Shown: positions 41,272 through 58,619 of the stretch, piece by piece
Numbering within the stretch: the stretch's first letter is position 1
Layout of the letters: each line of letters starts with the position of its first letter
Origin: Octopus sinensis
Taxonomy: Eukaryota
Assembly: GCF_006345805.1 (NCBI RefSeq)
Contig: NC_042997.1
Coordinates: 55,552,001-55,616,000 of the forward strand
Length of the DNA: 64,000 nt
Direction of reading: 5' to 3'
The notes under the pieces: generated by a model
The model's database searches: none
What the model was told of the DNA's origin: nothing
Seen by the model: only the letters and a program-made list of their open reading frames with translations
Position numbers and translations under genes: made by a program

Positions 41272-41630
41272 GGCGCAGGAGTGGCTGTGTGGTAAGTAGC
41301 TTGTCTACCTGCCACATGGTTCCGGGTTCAGTCCCACTGCGTGGCATCTTGGGCAAGTGTCTTCTACTGTAGCCCCGGGCCGACCAAAGCCTTGTGAGTG
41401 GATTTGGTAGACGGAAACTGAAAGAAGCCTGTCGTATATATATATTTATATATGTATGTATGTGTGTGTTTGTGTTTGTCCCCCTAGCATTGCTTGACAA
41501 CCGATGCTGGTGTGCTTATGTCCCCGTTACTTAGCGGTTCGGCAAAAGAGACCGATAGAATAAGTACTAAAAGGCGGTGCTCCAGCATGGCCGCAGTCAA
41601 ATGACTGAAACAAGTAAAAGAGTAAAAGAG
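41272..41630 (+). mobile_element. SINE family 1 with internal deletion in the tail
   Basis: Head intact; TAAGTACT joins directly to AAAAGGCGGTG. Confidence 0.9.
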
Positions 41631-41721
41631 TATATATATCTATATGTATACGTATACACATATATATATAAGTATAATATATATATGTATATATATATAT
41701 ATATATATAATATATATATAT

Positions 41722-41766
<45 letters not shown>

Positions 41767-42079
41767 TTACGAATATATATATATATATATATAAAATAAC
41801 AAAATAATAAATAAAACATATGCATATATACATACATATATGTACATACCTACATCTATATGTATATATACATGCATATATGGGTACAGGAAACAAAAAA
41901 ATGAGAAACGAAAACATAAAAACAAAAACATGGAAACGGACTTTTTTCAAACAACGAAAAAACAGAATACAAGACATACAACACAAGGAATATTCCCCTT
42001 CTTCAGCTGCCCCTGCGTCGACTACTCCGTGTTTCGAAGGTCAGGGATATATATATATATATATAATATATATATATAT

Positions 42080-42121
<42 letters not shown>

Positions 42122-42583
42122 TGCATTAAAAAATTCTATAATTATGAGCATATGTTTTATACTCCCTACCCTATCAGCTTTAGCCTGCAAAACTTGGCTG
42201 AAGTATATTCTTACTGAACCAAATGGTTTTACTTCAAAGAAATCTTAAATTATGACTTGCCACTTAAATTGTCTTTTTACCCTATCCATAAAAGATAGAT
42301 TCTAGTTTCTATTAGACTTGATAAACTAGTCTATAAATTAGAATTAAACCGCCTCCCCCAACTAGTAAATCTGAATAACAAATATAATCAGTGATAAGCA
42401 GTGTCTTCCTTTGAAAAATATCTCTGTTACAACTATGATGTTGTTGATAAAACATGTTCTTTGTCTATCTACTTGTCCTCTTTGTGATTTTGGATAATAA
42501 GAAAACTATACAAATGAAACCTTTGAATTTAACTAAATTCTATATTTTTATGCAGCTGAAGATTGCTCTACATTTTAAATTGA

Positions 42584-42850
<267 letters not shown>

Positions 42851-43495
42851 GTGTGTATTTTCCTCTTGTTTACAATTAACACGGAACACATAAATAAACA
42901 GTTACCAGGGTAGCAAAAAATCACATATGTAAAAAGGGCGTACCACCTTGTTTTTAAAAGAAGAAACTCCGGGTTTATGTGAAATATTTTGTATAATATA
43001 TATAAATAAATATATGGAGTTAGAACGCAGGTGTTATTCAAATTCTTTTGCTTCCGACACATGGGTCGAAGATATCATTGGTATTATTCCAAAGGAATAG
43101 AATGGTGTAAAACAATGTAATCTTCTCTTCAAGGAAATGAAGAAATAAAACTCGTCAATAAGACATATTAAGAGAATATGATAGATATTTATAGTGATTA
43201 ACTGAACGCTATTAAATTAAATAAAACCCTAAAGTCTTGGAACAAGATATATCTAGTGGAAGTGAAATGTAAGAAGAAAATCAAAAAGAATAAAAAATAG
43301 TTCACAATTACAGAGAAGACAGAATTTCGTCCCTTTATCATAACGGAACGAAATCGAGAGAATCAACCAATCTAAATTAAATTGTTTATTATGGTCTTTT
43401 AGATACCAATTTAATTTACTAAGCCCTGTACTTTTACGTTTATTCCTATCCCTAAATATAGAGTAATGATTAGAAATTCTTTTAGATAACTAAGT

Positions 43496-43771
43496 AGAAG
43501 AACTACCTATATAAAAAAAGACATCGGTGCCTGATTACAAATTATCGCTTCACATAATATTAGTCTGTTGAATAAGAATACATTTACTAATACGAACATT
43601 AATTTAGCTAATACCATCCATTACCCTAGAAATATTAATAACAAGGTTGTTGTCTCTGAAGTCAATGCCAACAGAATTAAGTTTATGTCAAGTAATTCTA
43701 AAATTAAAAACTCCATATACCAGTAAATTACTTCAGGTACGGATGTCTTTTTTAATATAGGTAGTTTTTCT
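43496..43771. mobile_element. Small MITE with ~39-bp TIRs
   Basis: AGAAGAACTACCTATATAAAAAAAGACATCGGTGCCTGA versus the reverse complement of TCAGGTACGGATGTCTTTTTTAATATAGGTAGTTTTTCT. Confidence 0.65.
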
Positions 43772-45239
43772 CAATGTGAAGAAAAAGAGAAAAAGAAAAA
43801 ATGGAGAGAGACAAAAACAAAGAGGAAAAAATTAAGAAATGGTGAAGGAAGTGAGGGAGGGGGTGTTAGTTACTGGTCAAGATATTGTGATGGGAGGATG
43901 GGAGAGGTGTGAGGGAGGGAGTGTAAGAGATGAGAACGTAAGGAGTAAAATAATGTGAGATATATGAGTAGGAGTGATAATGACAAAGCTGCATTAAGGG
44001 ATGGGTAGAGAAAAGTAAGGGTGGGGTGATACTGAAGTAAGTAGTAGATTTGGTAGTCAAATTTGAGGTGGAGGAAAGAATACAAGGATGTCAAATTACT
44101 ATAAATAGACATGTGTGATAGGTTAGTGATATGCACACATTGATTCGTGTGTTAATGTACTCGTAACAGATAATATGAACTACAGAAAACTGTCTTAACA
44201 TAAAATGACGTCAAGAAATGCCAAGTAAAAGCCATATATCTGTGCACACATTCCTAATTGCTTATATTGCATATTCAAACAGTTTAGTACACATGGCAAG
44301 ATACACACTGTTCACGGTGGTTGGTCAGCACCGTATTCACAATACTGCTTTTCACTGTATAATAATGATCGTAAAGAACAATTGAAAGTAGGAAACATTT
44401 CTACTTTGTTTGAAAGCTTGGTTTATGTATAGACGTTTAGATGTAACCCTAGGTGTATTAATAACATTATTAAAAAATAAAGAAGTACATGTCAACCTTA
44501 AATATTTGTTATGAAACATAAACTTGTCAATATTTTTACACTTCTATCAATATGTAAATTTAAATAAAGATGTGAAATAATATATGTATGTGTGTGTATA
44601 CATATAGTTTACTATTCCATGAAGGTAAGAGCAACAAAAAGTATTCCATCCAATGAGAGATGGATATCATTTAATGTGCACAGTTTCAAAATAAGAGCTA
44701 CTAATAGTTTCTTGCCTTGAAGACACGTGGTTAAGCAAGATTTTTTAACGTGACTTGAGTCCGCATGCTATCACCAGACTCTGAGTACAAGGTTTGTTCT
44801 GTTTGAAAATAATGAAACTGGTACATAAGAAACAGCGAAAAAACTACGAGAAGGTTGATGCAAATAATGTAATGACAAGACAAAAAGTGAATAAAAACGG
44901 AAAAAAAGCGAAAGTAATTTAGTGTTACGACCCCTTTGGCCATAAAAGTCAGTATTAACTAGTTGTAATTAATAATGACTTCAACGTAGTAGAGGAAAGA
45001 ATAAACGCGACAGATATTCAATCCGAAGAGAATGGTGTCCTCTCGTTTGACAAAAGAAATTTATCCATATACTTGCTTTGGTGAAAATTTCGGATCTAGA
45101 ATTAAGGAGTGTGGTGGAATTTTTGGATCTAAAAAGAATGTGCGATTTTTAAGCTACACATTTGTTGCATTTCTTAGATCCATTTACATATGAGTGGATT
45201 TCTCTACGGTTCTCCATTTCATTATATGTTGCGTGTAGC

Positions 45240-45790
45240 TAATCTTCAACCCCAATACGTGGCTATCCACCTTAGTAGCTTTATTTTGTTTGTGTGTGTG
45301 TTGGAAAGAAAACTAGTGGTATGCATAACGTTTCTTAAAATTGCCTTAACATAGGCTGACGTATTTTCAGTTACATTATCTCGAAACCTTACTTTGACTT
45401 CTGCCTCATAGACGACGGAGTTTATCTCACACTCCTGCTCAGATGGGCTAGATTCAGGGTCTCGAGAGTAAAAACTTGGAGAGGGCCCTTGGTGACACTT
45501 ATGAGTGATAATGTTCTTCATATTGGGTCCGCCACTGTATGACATTGTTTATCGAGCGTCTATTAAAGATCTTCCTGCATTTAGGGTTTACTGTGTAATA
45601 TTTATCTAACAAAGCCATGAATTCCTCGCCTACATTAGTTTTAACATTTAGGGAGAATGTGGGGGTGAACCATATTATTTTTCTAGCTTTCATTTTAGGT
45701 CTATTGTTAGGTTTCACATCTATACTTGAATATTTATAAGATATACTATTTCTGAAGCTGCTATTAGTCAAGGCATTGTTATGGTAGGGG
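45240..45790 (-). pseudogene. Penelope-like element relic of a different lineage (linker and start of GIY-YIG; possibly Naiad-type)
   Basis: RKIIWFTPTFSLNVKTNVGEEFMALLDKY...KIFNR, then SYSGGPNMKNIITH and CEINSVVYEAEV. The clade assignment is inference. Confidence 0.7.
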
Positions 45791-46568
45791 GCTGCCTTAA
45801 CAAATATTTCATTACTAAGAGAATAGATATCTTATTACTGATGTTAGCTATCATGATTTAAAACACTATAGGCGTAGGTGACAAGCTTTTGTTTTCTCAT
45901 TCTACTTTTTGCATCAACCTTCTCGTTTTTTCTCGTGGCTTTTCATATGTACCAGCGTCCTGATTTTCAGACAGAATAAGCCATGTGCTCAGAGCCTCTA
46001 GATTACTTGGAGACACAAGGCACATTATAAAACCCGCCTAGCCACGTTCTTTACGACATGACACTATTAGTGGTTTTTATTTTAATACGGTGTACATTAA
46101 ATGATACACACACACCTGTTTGTGTTTATATATACATGTGTATATATACGTACATATATATATATATATATAAGTGTAAATGATAACTTTAATGGTTTTT
46201 AAAAAAAACAACAATTTTTTACGGGTAGATTTACGGGTAAATATAACCATTAACGGTAGGAACTTTTATAAAAGTTCAATATATATTTTTGTATATAAAT
46301 AAAAGAGGCAAGCAACAGGTTGCTTAGCCACATACCGAAAAATTAGAAATAGCAGTCAAAGACTGTTTATTGCTATTTTATACAAATGAGACTCCACATA
46401 CGACATATCCCTGTAATTCACATACGTAAAACAGAAGGAAGAAATAACGAAAGCAAAGTCTAATGGTTATTTACGAACGCGTTTCTAGATTAGGAATATA
46501 AACTCCATGTCTTTCATCAGCGTAAACCTCCACGCGCACACACAGACACGCATGCACACATGTATATA

Positions 46569-46647
<79 letters not shown>

Positions 46648-49625
46648 ACACACACACACGTATGCATATATGGCTACAAGACGTCACCAACAAATAAGTT
46701 CAAAACAAATGAGTTCAATACGCAAACAACGAGAGAAACAAATGGAAAACAGGACAAGTAACAAAGAAAGACCCTTCATAAGTTGTCGGCTGTCTATCCA
46801 CTCCTCATTTCGAGCATTGAACAATATGAGTCTTCGAAGACAGTTGCTCCCATAAGTACCAAAATAAAATTTGGGATTTATGGAGGGTCAAAGATGGGAA
46901 CAAAAACAGGGCATATATATAATCGTCAAGATAGAATTTTGGTTCAGTTTAGCACACTGAAACATCAATGATGACGAATATGAGGGTGAAGATGATGTTG
47001 GTAGTCATGATGATAATGATGATGATCATGACGACCCGATGACGACGATGGTGGTGGTGGTGATGCTGGTGCTGGTGCAAGTGGTGGTAGTGATGATGAT
47101 GATATTTGTCACGAAACAACACAAAAATAACGAAAGTGTTCACTGGTAAAAACTCGAAACCTACAAATTACGAGGTGACAAATACAATGTAATTCACACC
47201 AGAAGTTGACAGGTATGTGTTTATTCGATGTTCACTGGGGCAATAGGCAAAATTGCTTTTAGTTGCATTTCTTTACCTCTTATTCAAGATATAGTGCAAT
47301 GCAGAGGGCACTTTCTCAGGGCCTCCAAAACAGGAAATTAAAAATTTACCCCTACATCTTGTCCTAAAACTCAACAGAATAGTGTCCACTAAAAACATTT
47401 CAGTGTTGGCTAGTGTGTTAAACTAAGCGATGCATTAGGTCTCTCATATATGTAGTCCATGGACTGATTTGAATATAGAAGGCAAAGAGCCAGAAGAAAT
47501 AAACTAGGCATTTTAAAGATTTCTGCCAATCCACTGCTCTAGATTGATACATTTTTATCGACCATAAAAACGAAGTTGACCTCGGTGGCATTTGAATTTA
47601 GAACAAATAGTGTCTAAACAAATGCTGTGAGATATCCTATGCAAAACCTTCAAGCCCTTTGGCCACCTTAAATATTCAAAATTTAAATAGTTTTAAATGT
47701 CTCAAGGGGAAGAAGGGAACAAATTATCTTCAGGCCACAGATCTGGACCAATTGATTGAAATGGAATTGATTCTGTAGTGGGTACCCAAGGAACAGGTGA
47801 CGATTTTTAACTAGACGACGGTTTAAAAACAGAAACGGTCCTTCCAATGGGCTTCCCCCAGTTTCTGTCGACTAAATTTCACTCACAAAGTTTTAGTTGA
47901 TTCAAAGCTATTATAGAAGACATACGCCAAGATTTTGTTCAACATAATGGAATACGAAACCACATAGTTGCGAAGTGCTTTCAGTTAAAAGTAGTAAAAT
48001 CATAGACAAAATATGAATACAGCCAAGAGACAAAAGACGAAGCATATAATGGTTTCTAATAATGGTGCGAGACCTGTAATTTGGTGGCAGAAGCTTAGTT
48101 GACTAAATCAATTTAACTAATACGTTATTGTATTGATTCCCATTGGAAGAAAAGCAAAGTTGACCTGTGCAGGATTTTAACACAGAATTTAAGAGTTAAG
48201 AATTTTACCAAACTCTAACGATTCTGTCAATTCTTATAAATAACAGAAATTTCTCTTCTCTCCCTCGATAAAAGTCTTATAGCCAAAATCTGCTGACCTC
48301 TTCCGTTTTTCGTGGTACCTACGTTTATTTAACACTTTATCCGTGAAATTACATTTCATGGTTATTCCAATAATGATGTTAGATATCTACCAAAAAACTG
48401 AATTGATGTTTTATGCAAGTCACGTGAGATATATCAATAAACTTGACATATCTCAACATAAAATAGTTTCATACATGACATTTCTCAATAAAAGATAGTT
48501 TGGTATAAAAACTGCTTTCTGCGGTAATGAAATTTGTGTGAATGTACATGATCTCTACAGTAAAAGGGTTAATAGTACCACACTTTTGATAGAATAGCAA
48601 ATAGTAAAAAGTTAAATGAAGACGAAACTAATAATAATATTAAAGGAAATAGGAAAATTATGTCACTGAAAGTTTTGTGTAAAAAAAAAAGCTATATGCT
48701 CCTATGAGAAACTGTAAATACATTTACAACTTTTATTTAATCAAAATAAATCATTGAAATATTGTGATTGATATGGATATCAGTTCTCAGTAGCTGAAGA
48801 TACACTTTTTTACACCAATTTATTGTTTGCTTGCTTCACTTTTACTTATCACTACCAAACTATCTCCCTAAGCTATGGAAAAAATAACGACTAGGCAACA
48901 TGGGAAATTGTGGAGAGCGAGATGTAATTTGATAAATTAATATAAATTTTCTGGACTTACCATTGAATCAGGTTTCATGACAACAGAATTCCCAACATAT
49001 TTGATATCAGGTTAAAAAAAAAAAATCACAGGGACTCAATTCGGTAAAGAGACTTAACCACAAGGAAGCAGAAGTACAGAATATGGCTGTAAGTAAAAAC
49101 AGCAAGTATAAACAAATGTTCATGAATGGAGTGGCCTAAATCTTAGTAATTTACAATCAAATGAAACTACTGCTCCAGCAAGGTAGTGGCCTTGATGACT
49201 AAAACAAAGAACACGATTATGAACTAACGAGATATCCTGTTTGTAATCGCTCGAAGTGCGAAATATGTCGCCAAATAACAACTTATATTGAAAAAGGAAC
49301 GAGACATTGTCTAGTGTGAACCTAAGTTCACTGTTTTCAAAATACATGGAATGGTAATGGCTAAAATATTTTCACTCAAACATCTGTTCGATAAAAAGTG
49401 ATCTGGAACTAAGTAAGAACTGAACATCACAGAATTTATTTGCCGATTCTGCATTTTTACAGAATTCTTTTCAAAATCACAATACTTTATGTTATAAATG
49501 AGTAGCATAATGTTTTTTTTTAAATGTTTACCTTTCAAAAACTAGACTCATATATGTACGTGTGTATGTGCATAGGGGCGTATGTGTGCGTGTCTATTAT
49601 GTATGTATATGTACGTATGTATGTG

Positions 49626-52690
<3,065 letters not shown>

Positions 52691-52899
52691 ATAGAATGGT
52701 TGTATACTGTCAATCTAACAAGAACGTGACAGTAGCGGGTACACCACCGTTGTATAGCCCTAGGAGGCATCGAACGCCTCCTGACAGCTTCGACACAAAA
52801 AATGTGCCGAAGCTGTCAGGAGGTGTTCGATGCCTCCTAGGGCTATACAACGGTGGTGTACCCCCTACTTGTTAGATTGACAGTATACAACCATTCTAT
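52691..52899. repeat. ~210-bp near-perfect foldback at the PLE 5' junction
   Basis: ATAGAATGGTTGTATACTGTCAATCTAACAAG...CTTGTTAGATTGACAGTATACAACCATTCTAT; A-run loop near 52797-52802; 10-nt extra on the left arm. Confidence 0.92.
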
Positions 52900-52988
52900 A
52901 TATATATATATATATATATCTTTTGCCATTCATTTTTTAATTGATATTATGTCCTACACTAACTTAGTGGTATATTACAAAATATAAA

Positions 52989-53220
52989 GGCGGCGATCTG
53001 GCAGAAACGTTAGCACGCCGAGCGAAATGCTTAGAGGTATTTCATCAGTCTGTACGTTCTGAATTCAAATTCCGCCGAGGTCGACTTTGCTTTCATTCTT
53101 TTGGGGTCGATTAAACAAGTACCAGTTACGCACTGGAGTCGATATAATCGACTTAATCCATTAGTCTGTCCTTGTTTGTGCGCTCTGTGTGTAGCCCCTT
53201 GTGGGCAGTAAAGAAACAGG
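52989..53220 (+). mobile_element. SINE family 2
   Basis: GGCGGCGATCTGGCAGAAACGTTAGCACGCCG...GAATTCAAATTCCGCCGAGGTCGACTTTGC. Confidence 0.88.
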
Positions 53221-53328
53221 TATATTACAAAATATAAGTAATTTTGTTTCTAACAAGTTTTTTTATTAGAATCGTTGTAGTTAAACGGAGTCATAACATA
53301 ATAACATATGTAAATATGTGTGTAAGCA

Positions 53329-53466
53329 TGAGTTCAAATTCCGCCGAGGGCGACTTTGCCGTTCACTCTTTCGGGGTCGATAAATTAAGTACCATTTGAA
53401 ACTAGGGGCGATATAATCGACTTACCACTCCCCCAAATTTCAAGCCTTGTGCCTATAGTAGAAAGG

Positions 53467-53537
<71 letters not shown>
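53329..53537 (+). mobile_element. 5'-truncated SINE family 2 copy with (ATT)n tail
   Basis: GAGTTCAAATTCCGCCGAGG...CCTTGTGCCTATAGTAGAAAGG followed by (ATT)n. Confidence 0.88.
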
Positions 53538-53538
<1 letters not shown>

Positions 53539-54419
53539 GACGGAGGCACTATTAATACCAAGAGTTAATCTTAATATCCAACTTAATATGGATGTCTTGT
53601 TAGATCACCAAATACTCCGTCATTAGCCCTGAGAGATCATATACAAGAGCTTGTTGCATAAAAGCACACACATAGATCTTAGCAGACGATAATCATTTGT
53701 CTTGAACGCCATAACTAACGTAATTTATTTTACTGGAAATCATCACGTGATTTAATTTTACTGGAAATCGTCTTTGGGAAGTATTCGGTCACTGCAAGCC
53801 TGTCAAATCACTCACACATATAAAATGGCAACAATAACGGAAAGAAACATACCGAACCTATCACTGTCGTGTAATAATGGTCACAACAATCTAATATCTA
53901 TAGAAATAAATAAACACGGTCACGTAGAAAGTGCGATGACTGAAATTAAGAACAAATGTTTATTAGTTATATTTTATATTATTTAAAAGCAGTCAACAGG
54001 CTCTAGGATAACATATAAGTAAAATTCGTTATTATATAAAAATCTTAATTAGACCTGCTAATTACATTTTAGAAGCATATATGCATTTAAAACTCTTGAT
54101 ATAAACCAGTAAGAACCAACGATTGTAGTCTGCAGCGTGTGTCAGTATCGAAATCTCTAAGAAAATAACAACGCCAAGTTGTCAACGCAACAAAAGTTAA
54201 AATTAATTATGAACAATGAATGAGAGAGACATATATCAACATAAAATTTAGATACATGGGCTTGAAAAACGAAACAAATAATTCAAACAATATGAATAGT
54301 TCCATCTATAAAAAATATTAGAGGATAAAACTCTGTAGGAAGTGGAGAGAAAAAAATATTAAAAACAACAAAAGAACAAAATTGAACCAGCGCACTGCCT
54401 CCATAACAGAAATATTAAA

Positions 54420-54850
54420 GATATTAAAACTGAAACGGTAATCACCTGGAATAAGCAAAATCGTAAATACGCCATCTACGTCTTACACTCTCAGATCTTA
54501 ATATAATAAATTACGTGCCAGATACCAAAAAATGGCTGACATAAAAAAAATTATTCTGGCGAAATAAAGAAAATTAAATGATTTCTCAAAGTATAGACCA
54601 TTCCCAAGTTTTTCTACATTCTGTACGACTTACAATACTTATAACGATATATAACTATGTTAAGATAAACTTCTACCAAAAGAACAGGAGGGATACGAGA
54701 TGAATTAATTATACATGCCGGTTACAATAGTAAAACAATATTACAAAATTTTAGTTAAAAAGTAAACTCATGCTACCTGGATAGATTGCCAACACACATT
54801 CATATATAAGATATCACATTCATGGATTCTTGCATCGATGAATATCTAGT
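54420..54850 (+). pseudogene. R4/Dong-like LINE RT relic (N-terminal RT blocks)
   Basis: SPGI, YRPFP, LLPKEQEG, TWIDCQHTF and SHSWIL in the expected order across frames. Confidence 0.5.
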
Positions 54851-55196
54851 TATAAAGCTTGCATTCCCAAGTGAAGAACAAAACTATAATTAAATTTAAA
54901 ATGACAATTTACAATAGATATTGAACATTTAGGGAATAATTCTTCTCTTATCTTATCTGTCTGACTCTGTTCCGTTATATACAATCCTCAATTCGACAAG
55001 AATTAAAACTTTTTAGCAGAAACAAGGCCTGAACTACATCAAAGTAAACAGTAGTTGAGGGACAGCTGAAAAGTCCTTTTTACTTTGAAAAATGTTATAC
55101 AGCTTTCATCAACTTTGAGTTTGTAGTTTACAATTGTATAATTATATACAATTGTGCAATTTTATACAATTTTATGTTATAGGAAACCCGTACTAA

Positions 55197-55590
55197 GGAT
55201 CTTTTCGGTTTGAACGGCAGTTTTTAACATAATTTCTAGGTGACTAAAAAATTTTAAACTTCGTATACTGGTAGAATGTGTTTATAAAACATCTTTTTCT
55301 CTTGGCTTTATTGAGAAAATTCTATAGTTTGTAAGATATTTGTTGTTTTTTCTTCAATTTCTGCAATTTCAACCAATCAATGATGTCTATTGAGTTAAAA
55401 AGCATCCTGTGCCGTATGAATATGTCCCTCGTTTAAGAAACAGATTGGGTTTATTTACATTTGTGAAGAAAAAAAGATACCCTTCCCCCACCCCTAACCC
55501 TAACCCTAAAAGAGATTGAAATGCAATATATCGATTCTAGGGTCATAATTATGGGTGACAATTTCATATGACACTGCTAGAAAAAACACC
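55197..55590. mobile_element. Dispersed non-autonomous DNA element containing (CCCTAA)x3
   Basis: Well-preserved AT-rich element; AAACTTCGTATACTGGTAGAATGTG matches fragments near 5975 and 6190; CCCTAA x3 at 55492-55509. Class not established. Confidence 0.6.
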
Positions 55591-57564
55591 AACCTTTATT
55601 AGGTATCTTGGCCTCTCTCAAACTCCGCTCAGCTAACAAACCAATCTGGTAATTGTCGATTCCCCGTCCTAGAAATTATGCATTCGACTTCAAGTATATA
55701 GGTTTCAGTCTAGAAGTTTATTGTGTCGTGAGTTGTGCACAAGGGTCTAAGAATATTATCTAAATAAATATTTAGATATGGTTATCTAGAATAACCTTTC
55801 GCAGAATTGATATGCTCACACAGAACGCACTCCGTACTACTCCAAATATGGTTATGATATTAACTAACACAGTAATCAATACGGATGATCAACACTGTCA
55901 ACTGCCCCTGCTGTCAACTCGTTTCTTTATTTGGCACCATGGCCACTAACACAGAGGGGGACACTACAAGGACAGACATAACACCACAGTGGGGAGAATA
56001 AACATAAAACGAATGATGATGAATATTATATAAAAATGGAAAAATGAAATGGTTGCATGGGTCCCACTCCTCATTTAGCACTTGAACGTTTGTACACACT
56101 ATATAACAATCGTACTATTATTGTCTATTGTTTTTTTCTTAATCATCATTTTTTCCTCTTTTTCCTTTGAAGTACTTTTTCCTTTTCTTGTGTTTCTTTT
56201 AACACAGTAATTTTACTTACTCTTCTTTTTTCCCCTTTTAATGCCTCATATAAGGCCCCACCCCTGCTGTCAACTAATGAGACAGTTCACACAGTTCTTC
56301 ATTTTATTGAAATATGTTAGTTCACTTTCAGTCACGTGGGGGTGCTGAGGATCCTTTCACAAAGTTCTATCCAAGTTGACTTTTAACTTTAAAAAATTAT
56401 GGTGTAAAATAATGGTGTGTGGAACTAATTATCTGGAAATATGGACAGCCAACCCTATTTTCCCTCTTGATTCCATCTAAAAGTTACATGCATAACGCAC
56501 TACCATTTATCTCATTTATAGCATTCAAGAAACTTATTTTTGTCTCAACCTGAGCACTTTTAAGAGGCTTTAATACTTTTCCTTTCAACTACTAATGAGA
56601 AGGATATGCCCATGGATATTTCCAGCTGCATGAAGAAATGTGGCCGCCCGGCTATTATTGTATTTACTATCATTAACATCATCATCAACGTCATCATCAT
56701 CATCATCATTATTATAACTATCATTGACTTCATCCTTTTTAAATTTCGCAGTTCTATTGAAAAATACCTTAAATACCCTCATTTGTTATAGAGAGAGACA
56801 TATTATAAGGGTGAGAGCTGGATACTTAGACTGCTCAGCAAGAAATTATTGCTGCATTGTTAGCTTATAATTACTGAGAATTCTCGTTCACTGAGAATTC
56901 TTGATGGTTAATAATTACGGAGAATTCATGATCAAACCTGACAGTGTAGACCTGTTATCTAATTACTGCAGCTATCAATATTCTGACTTATAGTAGTGTC
57001 CCTTCCTTTTTATACGATAAGATGTGATTTGAAAGAGATTCGGCAGCTATTTCTACAACATGGAAAGAGTGCATAGACAATCCCTCAATACTCCTATCAT
57101 TATCGCCATTGAACTGATTACATTGGCGATAACAATAGGAGTGCTGCTGAATATATTGAAAAGGCGGGACGAAAGAAACAAAAAGAGAAAATAAAAGGAC
57201 AATAGAGTGAAACAGCTGAGGAGAACTTCAGTAAATGAATAGTGATTTATAACTTCCATTAATATAAAAAAATTTTTAAAAACAGCTCAATAACTTTGTC
57301 TTCCATTACTGCTGGGGGTCAATGAAACGTGTCAGCGGAACATGCAGTTTAGCGTTGTGTTGTTTCAAACAACAGCTCTCATCTCTGTGATGCACATAAA
57401 CATATGCATGTGTACAAATATATATTGATATATCGCACAAGCATTAAATATACAGACATAAACACACTCATATATATATTACATATGTATAATACATATA
57501 TACTATACATATAATATATAACAGATACTATATATATAATATTTAATATATAATATAAATATAA

Positions 57565-57956
57565 GACGCATGCGTGGCTGTGTAGTAAGAAGCTCGCTTT
57601 CCAACCACATAGCTCCGGGTTCAGTCCTTCTGCGTGGAACCTTGTGTAAGTGTCTTCTACTATAGCCTCAGGCCGGCCAAAGCGTGTGAGTGGATTTTGA
57701 AACTCGTCGTTTATGCATGTATGCATGTGTGTCTGTGTTTGTCCGCCTATCACCCCTTGACAACCGGTATTGGTGCGTTTATTGGTAGATTAGCGGTTCG
57801 ACAAAAGAGACTGATACAATAAATCATGGGTTCGATTGTTCGACTAAAAATAAATCATGGGTTCGATTGTTCGACTAAAATCCTTCCAAACGGTGCTCCA
57901 ACATGACCGCAGTCAAATGCCTTGAAGAAGTAAACGAATAAAAGAATAAAAGAATA
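57565..57956 (+). mobile_element. SINE family 1, diverged copy
   Basis: GTGGCTGTGTAGTAAG...CCGGGTTCAGTCC head; tail GGTGCTCCAACATGACCGCAGTCAAATG; 31-bp internal tandem duplication. Confidence 0.85.
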
Positions 57957-58619
57957 TAAATATATCATGCATAATATATATATACAGGAATTTCCTGCTT
58001 TACGGGAGAAAAATTTCGTAATGCAGAGTAATTTTTTCCATTGATTTCCATATCACGAATTAAAAATGCGTTCGGACAGGTCCCTCGTTTTTTTTTTCTT
58101 TTAGGAACCAGCGCTAGCAACAACAAAGCAACATGTCCGTTTTTATGCATGTAAATAACAATTTCTAAACATACACAGTACAATTCGTAAACACAGAAAC
58201 ATTTCAAAAGGAATACGTAAGGGGATAAATAAGAATGTTAATATCATTATAGAGTCGTTCTTACCACATGTGATGTTGGCTATCATGTGAGAGTCGGTGT
58301 TTGAATGAGACTTACTGGGAGGATTAAGGAAACTATCTTCTATCTTATAGTTCATCATCAATACCTACTTATCCAAAATTGCTTGATATTTATGATGTGT
58401 CATCTCTTTGTACATCTCACTGAAAGAACTGAGCTCATTGTAAATCCTTCCTGTAATCTTTATGAACGGTCGCGATTAAAGTTAAAATCTATATATTCCA
58501 ATCCTTTAGCAATATTCTTCGTAGTGAATTTAAGTGGCGTCGGTTGCATTTCAGTATTTTCGTCTGTATTCTCAGCTTGCTCGCTCTTGTTCTTAGAGCA
58601 TCAGCTCCTCATTAGATAG

